DNA of 64,000 nt from assembly GCF_036321535.1 (NCBI RefSeq), contig NC_087436.1, positions 68,946,001-69,010,000 on the forward strand. Direction: 5' to 3'. Source of the stretch: Camelus dromedarius (Eukaryota). How positions within the stretch are numbered: the first letter of the stretch is position 1; each line of letters opens with the position of its first letter. The notes beneath the pieces were generated by a model that made no database searches, was not told where the DNA came from, and saw only the letters and a program-made list of their open reading frames with translations. Both the position numbers and the translations under genes were made by a program. Positions 54,915 through 64,000 of this stretch are shown here, piece after piece.

Positions 54915-55752
54915 GGATATGTCTCCTGCTAGGACGGAACCATCCCGCCAGACTTTGAACACCCTCAACTTCCTCCTCAGCCCCCAGCCACTGTTTCTGG
55001 AACCATCGCCTCGGCCATTCCATCGTCCACCTCTGAGACCCGCTAATACCATTCTGTGTGTAGTTGGCTCCAACGAACCATGAGCTACATCAAGTAGACG
55101 TACTCCTCCAAGGTTGGAGGCCGCTGTCAGCGCCTGGTCAACCGGCACCTGGGGGCCTAGCTTACCCTCCTCCTTCCCTCCCTCTGGTGCTCCATACCCA
55201 ATGCAGGACAAGCCCTGATGGCTGCTAACGCGAGTTGGCCGAGGAAAAGTGCACAGCCGCCCCGCGTCTCTGGAAGACGGAAAACCTGCGCAGCAACCGA
55301 GCCCTCGTCCAGGAAGACCAGGAGCCATGCGTGGGGATGCGCGGGGCGGCAACCTGCCAGCTGTGGAAGCTGCCTTGGCCTGGGAGACAAGCATTCCTGG
55401 GCTCTGCCTGCCACCTCTGTGGCTTCCTAGAGAGCCATTTCCTAGGCCCAGAGCTGAAACTCCTCCAGAAGATGGGCGACCACCTGACCAAACCCCACAG
55501 GCTGTTGGGCCCCAACCTATCGTCCTCAAGTGTCAGTAGTAGCCTCCCACGCCCAGTGGCCTTTGAGGACCCACCCGCTGCTTCCCCCTGGCCTGCCTGA
55601 GTGCCTCTCTCTAGCTTCGAGGTAGCTTTTTAATCACCGTGGACCCCTCTCCCAAGCCATGGACCAAGTGGAAAAAATAACAGAGAAAAAGCCATCTGCA
55701 AACGACTCAAGAAAATAACAAACAAAAACAAAACAAAGAAATGAAAAGAAAA
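54915..55752 (+). pseudogene. FTL: Processed pseudogene of ferritin light chain (FTL)
   Basis: Intronless. FTL-like 5'UTR; ATG at 55080 with in-frame TAG at 55095-55097; peptide relics LAEEK...RALVQ and HLCGFLESHFLGPELKLLQKMGDHLTKPHRLLGP; relic stop at 55537-55539 (VLKCQ* vs LTLKHD*); FTL-like 3'UTR and a decayed A-tail at about 55672-55752. Confidence 0.93.
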
Positions 55753-55791
55753 TTTTCATATTGAAGAAAGATAGGTTGCTTTTAAATTCGT

Positions 55792-55797
55792 TTTAAT
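55792..55797 (-). terminator. Candidate polyadenylation signal (ATTAAA) of the TMPRSS11B-like gene
   Basis: First AATAAA/ATTAAA hexamer I find on the minus strand after the stop at 56486; TGTA lies just upstream (55803-55806) and a U/GU-rich tract downstream (about 55755-55712). Confidence 0.45.
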
Positions 55798-56485
55798 TAA
55801 AGTACATTTTCATGGTTCATAGCTATATCTTTTTGTATCTTACAAATAAAGAATCTCCACAGATTCTCTACAGTGTATCAACACTGAAGAATTAGCGTAC
55901 CTGATCTCTGCAAGAAAACATGTTGTTTTGCTGATGGTGAAATTCTTTCAGTGATTACAAGAGTTGATCAAGACCCCACTACAAATAGGAGGCTAAGTCA
56001 GTGCCTAAATTCAGACCAGATTCAGTTCACAAATACACGCCTTCCGCAAAAGCTATGAAATGAAGGCAGATACAGCATGTTCCAAACCAACCCTCGGAAG
56101 GTAATTGGTTCTGGTCTCTCAAGTGCTGCCTTTTAACTTGCAACAGACAAGGATTTACTTTCGTAATTACAGAAAGTCTGAATGACTAAAACCATGAGCT
56201 TTATGCTGTGGTGAGATAACCATGATGTGGGTTCATGAAATAGAAAACAAATAGTAATAGTACATGACTGATAGGAGCACTTTCTTTACTTAGGCTTTTG
56301 TCAACTAAATATGAGATTTCTTGTCTTGTAGAGTCTGCTTAAAGTTAAAGTTCATCAATATTCCCTTAGGACCACAATTCTTTCAAAACAGCCATTATAC
56401 ATACCAATTTAAAATGAATATTAAATAAGGCTTAGGAGTAGTAGGCAAAAATGAGATAAAAGAATGGCTACAAGATGTGTTTCCC

Positions 56486-56647
<162 letters not shown>

Positions 56648-57036
56648 CTAAATTAAAAAAATGTATTTATCATTATGAGAATTTACTTCCAGATACTTTA
56701 CTTACACTCACTGATAAGCCCAGGTGAAGTTCGTGATTCATGCTTCATAGAGACCATAGGAAGGTATGTGATGTAAATCCCTGCACCTCCCTTAACCTCA
56801 ACTGTGGCTGACCAGAATGTATTTCCTGGGGCTCTTTGGGATTAACTTGAACCTTAAAGGCAAGAGCTCATAAGTTTCAAGGTCTAGTTCTATCAGAAAG
56901 CTTTGGGAGACCTGTATTAGGGATATTTTTGGAGTACAATTCTTTATATCTGAGAAAAGTAACAAAACTGTGGCCATAAGTGGCTAGGAAGATAAAAGAA
57001 ATAGGCTAGACATATTTTAAAAATTTATGAGCCTGA

Positions 57037-57285
57037 AATGTGGTTAAGAGTACGGACTGTGATGCTAGCCTACCTTGGCTTATATGCCAGTTCTCCCACA
57101 TACTAGCTGTGTAACCTTGTGCAAATTATTTACCTTCCTTTGCTTCAGTTTCCTCATCTGTAAAGTGATGGTAATGATAGCACCTATATCAAAAGGTTGT
57201 GATGACAATTAAATGGATTAATATTTGTAAAAGACTTCAGTCAGTGCTTGACTCAGAGTAAGTCCAACATGTGTTTATTAAACAG
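57037..57285 (+). mobile_element. MIR SINE in intron 9
   Basis: gtggttaagagtacggact...tactagctgtgtaaccttg...tcagtttcctcatctgtaaa. Confidence 0.85.
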
Positions 57286-57470
57286 TTATAAACAAATGTT
57301 GTACTTAGGGGAGAATTACTTTAGTGCCAGAGCCAAGAGGGAGTTTGACAGGATTGTAAAAGTGCAAATTAGTTGAAGCATAGAATCATTTCTATGTTGA
57401 TGATTTACATAAAAAATAATAGCAGTTACTTATATACTATATTGTCAGTGTGAATAATGTCCAGCCTTAC

Positions 57471-57613
57471 CTGGCACGCATCAATATTTCCTTCCATGTA
57501 CCCAGCACACAGCATTGTGTCTTGTACCATACCATTATATGCTTCCTTAGCGTTACAAGTGTTTGTATCAATAATCTTCACAGGTGCCTTCTGAAGTAAC
57601 ACTGGGTATTCAC
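57471..57613 (-). CDS. TMPRSS11BNL: TMPRSS11B-like protease, exon 9 (S1-pocket Asp189)
   Basis: cctttag|GT GAA TAC...TGC CAG|gtaagg; 143 nt; (G)EYPVLLQKAPVKIIDTNTCNAKEAYNGMVQDTMLCAGYMEGNIDACQ. Confidence 0.95.
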
Positions 57614-58066
57614 CTAAAGGAAGTAAACATTATCAGCAAAAGAGCTCCTCTGTAACAAAGCAGGATGGAAAACTTGTTTTGCCCTCTGTGTGTAAGACCT
57701 GTATTTGCATATTATTAGGATGAAAAAGCCCACCCTCACTCAAACCAATGAAAAAGAACTACTTAACAGTTTGAAACATCTTTCTAATGCTGCTTTTCTG
57801 TGTCCTCTCTCTTCTTACATCTTTGCACCAGAAACTTCTCAATTAAGTTCTTCAAGTTAAGGAGTTTCTACAGCAAAATTGGTTCCCTTGTAATGTTTCA
57901 AACCAAGGCGATTTGCAAAGTCATAAGTTCATATGCACCATTCCCTGAATAGTTTCCTGAGAGTACTGGTCATCTAGGGGTAAATGATGCCTTTCATTCT
58001 GTGCCTAGATCACTAATTTTTCTTGTTGCTTTTCTGCCTTATGTGGTAAGTGTTCACTTGACTTAC

Positions 58067-58326
58067 CATCATATGAAAGTGCTCCCCATCCTGTAACAAC
58101 TACTCCTTCACCTGGTGGAAAAATCTGTGTGGCTTCAGGAAGACAAACTCGATGTACATCGTTCTTAAATAAAACTTTTTCAGTGAGCAGTATAACTGCA
58201 ATATCATCATGATGTTCACCCTTGATGTAGTCTTCATGAATAATAATTCGTTGAATATGATGTTGCATGTAGGGAGGACTTACTTTGGTGCCAAAGCTGA
58301 CAGTATAGTTTTTTGGATCTTCTGTC
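58067..58326 (-). CDS. TMPRSS11BNL: TMPRSS11B-like protease, exon 8 (catalytic Asp)
   Basis: gtttccttag|G ACA GAA GAT...TAT GAT G|gtaagt; 260 nt; TEDPKNYTVSFGTKVSPPYMQHHIQRIIIHEDYIKGEHHDDIAVILLTEKVLFKNDVHRVCLPEATQIFPPGEGVVVTGWGALSYD; overlaps supplied ORF 58005..58268. Confidence 0.95.
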
Positions 58327-58933
58327 CTAAGGAAACAAAAATAATGTGCTTTGTATTTATTTCAGAGGAATAGAAATAGAGCTTGCATCTATTATAGTCT
58401 TTTCATGACATTAGTGGTATTTCCTTGCTTTATAACCCATTAGCAGGAATACAATCTGATTTTTTAACTCATTTAAAAACTCTTGTTTGAGCCTGTACAC
58501 CATATGCTTGCATAAGGCAATGAGAATGTAGAAATAAAAATAGTCCATGCTTTCAAGAAATTTAAATGTAATGAAGGATGGACATAAACACAGGCAGCTA
58601 TAATTGCTTAAATGGTTATGTATATAATTAGTGGTACCACAAAACAGAAGGACTTAAATCTGCATACCCTAGGGAATGGAAGATTTCTTAGGAGAAGTAG
58701 CTTTTTGATGAGACTTTGGAGCTGAGCCATATTTGCCTAAAAGACAATGAGAGGGAGACAGGCAGATGCAGAGCAGAAAAAGAATATGAAACAGGATGAT
58801 ATGTTTCAGTGACTATAACTAGTTTGGGATGTCTGGAGTATAAGGTGATGAGAGAAGAATCATGTTGAGAAATACAGCATCAGGAATGAATGACTTTTCC
58901 CATTATTACTGATAAAGTAGGAAAACCTTAGAT

Positions 58934-59041
58934 TGGCTTGTCATGTAATTTGTCTTTCAAACCAGGACACTTGAGAACGAAAGGGAATGGCGCTGATGAT
59001 TAGCTGGGGATAAGGTGTAAACTGGAGCTGTTGTCTCCCTA
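58934..59041 (+). mobile_element. MER81-like hAT-Blackjack MITE in intron 7
   Basis: catgtaatttgtctttcaaaccaggacacttgagaacgaaaggg...gcgct...ggtgtaaactgg...ccctag. Confidence 0.6.
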
Positions 59042-59066
59042 GCCGTGGGCAACATGATGAACTTAC

Positions 59067-59241
59067 TTTCGAAAGCAGTGAGCTGCAGTCACCAGGTATC
59101 TTTCACCGATCAAAGATGCCCCACAGTAGTGTCGGCCATTCTGTTGGAGACTTGCTTGCCAGGGCCACTCTCCCTCCTGAGCAGTGGAACCTCCCTTGAT
59201 TCTATCATATGTAGCTGACATCCTTGCTCGTCTCCCGCAGC
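59067..59241 (-). CDS. TMPRSS11BNL: TMPRSS11B-like protease, exon 7 (activation site and catalytic His)
   Basis: ttctgacag|GC TGC GGG...TTT CGA AA|gtaagt; 175 nt; [57 protein letters not shown]. Confidence 0.95.
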
Positions 59242-59479
59242 CTGTCAGAAAGTCAGTTTTGCTCCATTAAGAATAGGAAGACACTGTTTGATTACAAAGC
59301 CAAGAATAAGCTGAGTTATTCTTGTGGGGTTCAGTCTGACACTGTTACTGAAAGGAACAGAATGTAATCTGCACAAGAGTCCCCAGCAGCCCCTGGATCA
59401 CCCCCATACCCAGCCTAGTATCTCCAGGACACTCCAGCACTTGAAGAATATGAAAGCTGTGCAAGGCAGATAATGTCCC

Positions 59480-59730
59480 AGTTAAGTCTGTGGGCTCTGC
59501 AACCAGACTAGACTCCCTGGTTTGGCCCATCATTTACAAGCTACATGAATTTACAAACTGCATAAATTTACAAGCTACATGAATTTGGGGAAATTATTTT
59601 ACTTCTTTGTCCTTCAGGTTTCCCATCTCTAAAATGGGATTATAATAATACCTATTTCTAGGATTGTTGTGAGGATTAAATGAGTCACATGTAAAGCAAT
59701 TTGAACTGTGCTTGGCTAAGAGTGAGAAAC
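59480..59730 (+). mobile_element. MIR SINE in intron 6
   Basis: tgggctctgcaaccagact...tttcccatctctaaaatgggattataataatacctatttctaggattgttgtgaggattaaatgag. Confidence 0.8.
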
Positions 59731-59787
59731 CTTGACTGCTGTGTTTTAAATCATCTCACATTTTAATTAAAAAATATCTGAACTTAC

Positions 59788-59826
59788 GATTGTTGATAAT
59801 CTTTTCAGCATTGACCTTACTGATTT
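59788..59826 (-). CDS. TMPRSS11BNL: TMPRSS11B-like protease, exon 6 (linker micro-exon)
   Basis: ttttctatttcag|AA ATC AGT AAG...AAC AAT C|gtaagt; 39 nt, phase 1-1; (E)ISKVNAEKIINN(R). Confidence 0.9.
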
Positions 59827-60544
59827 CTGAAATAGAAAAAAAAGCCCATAGTAAATTTAATGCCTGGCATTTGTCCACTGACCCTGGAGCTAATGAAGTA
59901 AGATGGTAGGTCCACCAGAGCAGGAGGGTCTAGAAATAATTTTGAATCTCAGGATAAGATGTTGATAGAAAGGAGAGAATATTGGTTTATTCGAATTGCT
60001 CTTTTACTACATATGAATGTGTGATATGGAAATACCATCTTCATGGTTCCATGTTAGAGACTTCTTTTTATTTAATTTGAATTGCATTGTATGTCTTCTA
60101 AAGGGGAAAATTCCTAGAATCTTTCCTTTGAAGACCAGGAAGACCCCAGGTGAACCTGATTCCTGGTAATACACAAAAATAACTTTTAAAAAGTGACCTG
60201 TCTCATAATGGCAGATCATATCCTGTTTTTGAAAGTTATGGGAGATTATGAAAAGAATACAAGAATACATCATTACTCATAAAGATTTTTCAAAGACTTA
60301 TTATTTTCTTTAGAATGAGCAGCAGATTTTTTCTCCCAGAACTTTCCCCCAGAATCTTAAGGTATGGCACTATAATGATTTCAATGTGTTTAAATGGTAA
60401 GGATGCAAATTATTGCTCTGAAGTAAAACAATGACTTATTCATTAAAAAAAAATTAAGGATAAGTTTTGTGCCTGGTGCTTGTGCTATATGTTAGGAATA
60501 AAAAGATGGAAGTAGTACTACTTCCAACTAATACATGAGCTTAC

Positions 60545-60705
60545 CCTCGAGTCTAAGAGAATCAGGATCTGTAGTCAAGGATCCTGAGTGGTTCCTTAGC
60601 ATTTGACGTAAGATGCTTTCAATTCTTCTTCTTGTGTTTTCCTTCATTGATCTGGGAGCCTTGAATATCAGCCATATATTTGCTGTCACGCTGTTGTGAT
60701 CAGGA
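60545..60705 (-). CDS. TMPRSS11BNL: TMPRSS11B-like protease, exon 5 (SEA domain end)
   Basis: ttttcag|T CCT GAT CAC...CTC GAG G|gtaagc; 161 nt; PDHNSVTANIWLIFKAPRSMKENTRRRIESILRQMLRNHSGSLTTDPDSLRLE; phases match the neighbouring exons. Confidence 0.92.
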
Positions 60706-61261
60706 CTGAAAACATGGTTAAAAAAATAGCATATTCCTCTTTATTCCCTGAACTTTTATATCTTTATCTTTTCCTGCTCCTTTGTGAGTTTGTGCAGTAT
60801 CTTCACTTTAGGTTAATCACAGGACCATCCATCTGCCTATGTTTACTTGGTGACAGTTTGTATACAGCTATTCAGTTTAGGGAACAAGTAGTTTTACACA
60901 TCTGAAAAAACAGGAAAAGCCTGAGGCACAGGGTAGAAGTATCACATAAGAAGTGGGGTCATTTATTCATGTATTCATCAATCATTCATCTGGGCACCGT
61001 CAGCCCAGACAAGTGACTGGGCTAGATGCTACTGAGTGATGCAAAAATGACTGTAGCATGGCTTCTACTCTCAAGAAATTTCCAGATCTATAGGAGAGAT
61101 AAAGCATGTATACAAATGACTATAATAAATGAGGCAGAAGCAATAAGATACTGATCTTATCTGCAAGTAGAAGATAGACAAATTGTATTTTACTTAAAGG
61201 ATCAGAGAAATTTTCATGGAAGAGGTGACATACACACTAGTGCTCTAGAATAACTGATAGT

Positions 61262-61505
61262 AATAATATTAATTAACACTTATTGGGTATCTGCTGTGTT
61301 CCAGGTACTATGTTACCACATTTATTATCATGCTTAGTCTCAACAGCAGCCCAGCAGCATGGGCGTCATTGTCTTCATTTTATAGGCAAGAAGAAATTGA
61401 TGCTCTGAGAGGCTACCTAATGTGCTCAAGGTTACACAGCTATTAAATTAGGATTCAGATTCAGTACAATTGACTCCCTAATCCAGACTCTTTACACTAC
61501 GCACT
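61262..61505 (-). mobile_element. MIR SINE in intron 4
   Basis: cattttataggcaagaagaaattgatgctctgagagg...ctcaaggttacacagcta. Confidence 0.75.
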
Positions 61506-62943
61506 CTGTCCCTCCAAGTCTTGTCAGCCAGTGTAACAGTGCCTAGGAGATTGTGCTCAGATGGACGTGGATTTTAATGCTAGCCAATGAGTAGCAGTAA
61601 AAAGGAATTGTTGAATAAAACCGAACCTAAGGAAGATTAACCTGACTTGTAGTGTTCAGGGCAGATTTGGTTGGTTTTGGAATATGGGTATGTAGCCCAA
61701 GAGGCTGGCTAATGGACATGTAGGAATTGTCAAGCAGCTCTGAGGCTAGTGTCTGAAGTGGCATTATTACGCTTTGGATCTTTCTAATGGATGATTACCT
61801 TTTAGCATATAAATAAATATTTCTAGGTAGCACTCAGCTCATACAAGTTTGATTTTCATAACAAGGTGAGCCAAAATGAAAACCTCTGTCCTGCAGCCTC
61901 TCCATCACTTCCAGTGGGTCCACACTTCCTATAGATACCTGAAGTTACATGCATGGAAAAACAAAGCAGAAGCCTTTGGGTGGTTGTTGTCATCTTTGAG
62001 AGATAGCTGGGCCCTTTAATTTTAGCCTCGTGTTTCTTTCCAGTACTAAAATCACCACCCTCCAGGTTAATTCTAGCTGAGATCTTAATCCATTCTGCAA
62101 TTCCAGGAGTCCCTGTGAGTTCCAGGAGCAGGAGAAGGGCAGACATGGTTTGGTGGCATTGATGAAGGTAAAAGCAATAATTGCCTTCATTAGTAATGTG
62201 TTTATTTGCAAATATTTGCACATACATTGTCCTCTTTGATCTTGAATACAGTTTTATGAGGGAGGTGGCGTAGGTGTTGTTATCACTATTTCACAGACAG
62301 GAAAGCAGACTCAAAACGTTATGCTGATTCACCCAAAAGTCTAGGACTACTAAGTGGCAAAGACTGGGCTTGGGTTGTCTAACTGCTATTCTAGGTCTCC
62401 CTCAGCAAGTCCGTGCTGCTGCAAACACACGTGCAAAGACCACAGCATAGCTATTTCAGTTCTTGTTATGGTCACTAGAATGATTTCCCTGATGTCAAAG
62501 CCTCATGTAGATATGCTCTTTTCTACCCTAAAAGAACTCTAGGGCAGTTTGCCAAGGTGTTTAGCTGACTTGAAGTAAAAGGACGTGAAAAAACAGGATA
62601 TATGCTTATGCTACAGTTAAATAAAAATGTTAGGCCATTAAACATTGGTCTAAGGGACTACCTAGTATTTGCTGGACATGAAAACTTTAAAAACTATAGA
62701 GATGAGTCATCTGTAATTTAAGGAATAATCCATTCTCAATAGAGCTAATGAATTCAACAAAATAGCTCAAACTTTGCTTCAATTTTTTACTGAATAATTA
62801 TCCTGACATTTAGCTTAGGATAATGTTTATTATTAACTTACTGACTAATGACTATAACATACCAATAGACGCTTTTTACAGTGGCACTTGAAATACAATA
62901 TTATGTTTGATAGGTTGATCTCTTTTCTGTTATTGTTACTTAC

Positions 62944-63011
62944 ACTAGTGTGATGACTTGAGAATTGATGTATTGTCTGTAAATGCTAGAACTTTGAAAT
63001 GCATCAACCAT
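62944..63011 (-). CDS. TMPRSS11BNL: TMPRSS11B-like protease, exon 4 (SEA domain)
   Basis: tttaacag|ATG GTT GAT GCA...ACA CTA GT|gtaagt; 68 nt; MVDAFQSSSIYRQYINSQVITL(V); preceded by a 98-nt phase-0 intron. Confidence 0.92.
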
Positions 63012-63109
63012 CTGTTAAAGAGAACACAAAGTCAAACATCAAATTCCAATAATACATTTTTGTTTCTGAGAATTAACAATGAGATAAATATAAGAAAATT
63101 CTAATTTAC

Positions 63110-63228
63110 CTTAGTCTCGAGAATTTTGCTAAGATAGTTATTTTCTGGTGATGTCTCCCTTTCATAATTGCTATTATATGGGATATCCAGCACTGTGAAG
63201 CTGCCTTTGTAATAGTAGGTCGTGTTTT
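63110..63228 (-). CDS. TMPRSS11BNL: TMPRSS11B-like protease, exon 3 by family numbering (SEA domain start)
   Basis: ctcacag|AA AAC ACG ACC TAC TAT TAC...GAG ACT AAG|gtaaat; 119 nt; (E)NTTYYYKGSFTVLDIPYNSNYERETSPENNYLSKILETK, close to recalled mouse Tmprss11b KIYYYQGGFKVLDIPYDRNYERETS. Confidence 0.9.
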
Positions 63229-64000
63229 CTGTGAGATAAAGAAGTGATCCAATAATTATTTAAATGAAGTTGATTTCAAATCCAGACATAGATTACATAG
63301 TAATACCAGCTAGTAAATATTGTGCTCATATTAGATATTGCTAAACTCTGTGAATTTTTCTGGCACAGTTGATTAGATAAACCGAGCATTGTGGAAAGCA
63401 TAAGACCAATAATGGAGCAAATATGTATCAGACAAAGGTCAAAAAGAAGAGTAACATCTTGATTGAGACAGATAGAATAGACTATAAATGATATTTTTGT
63501 CTACAATAACCAAATGTCAAACTATAAGTAAAAAATAGTTACCATTTATTACATATCCTATATGAAGTTACTTTGTAAAAACCATGTAAAGTATACCCAT
63601 TTTTCAGGAGAAATGTGGTCTCAAAGATATTCAGTAATTCACCTAGTACCATTCAGCTACTAAAAAGAGCCAAGGCTAAAAACTTGCTCTGACTGACTCT
63701 GAAGCCCAATTCTAATTCATTACATTTTATTCCTAAATTTTCATAGATACTAAGCTGTTTGACATATGATACATCTTACTCCTAATTTGTGGTAGATATT
63801 AAGCATCTAGGAATATGCTAGAAACACTGTATAATAGCACCTAGCATGTAGTAAGCAGTAAATAAATGTTAACATTATTTTGTAATATGAGCATTGCCTT
63901 TGAAGACCATCTTGTGGAAGAGATGGGCTCCATATGGATAAAATCATTATGTGAGATACTAATAAGGATATAATTAAATGACAAAGTTAATTGTTCAACT

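Noticed and set aside
54834..55600. Cluster of long overlapping ORFs, including the 231-aa minus-strand ORF
   Set aside because: By-product of the GC-rich FTL pseudogene. The antisense ORF resembles no protein I recognise, and the sense ORFs are frameshifted ferritin relics.
63380..63425. Transmembrane exon 2 of the protease (reads IIGLML on the minus strand)
   Set aside because: No extended hydrophobic frame and no suitable splice sites; the real exon is probably beyond 64000.

Overview
AT-rich mammalian genomic DNA, almost certainly camelid given a vic-1-type tRNA-derived SINE, from the HAT/DESC (TMPRSS11) protease cluster. On the minus strand at the right end are eight consecutive in-frame exons (63228 down to 56486) of an intact TMPRSS11B-like gene (Tmprss11b/TMPRSS11BNL type). 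They encode the SEA domain, the activation linker and a full trypsin-like domain; exons 1-2 lie beyond the window. A minus-strand micro-exon at 20707-20717 looks like the first coding exon of TMPRSS11F, so 1-20706 is probably its long first intron. Between the two genes are two processed pseudogenes: a ferritin light chain (FTL) retrocopy lacking its IRE loop (about 54915-55752) and a collapsed ZC3H3 zinc-finger retro-fragment (about 50095-50419). The rest is repeats: a near full-length Tigger1, a Charlie-type hAT with an 8-bp TSD, a young 5'-truncated L1, other L1/L2/MIR/MER/LTR relics and microsatellites. I see no novel multi-gene system. The best leads are the intact protease with an unusual R|IKGG activation site, possible use of the FTL poly(A) relic in the protease's 3'-end processing, and two candidate unannotated upstream exons. 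Gene and repeat identities come from recalled sequences, not database searches.
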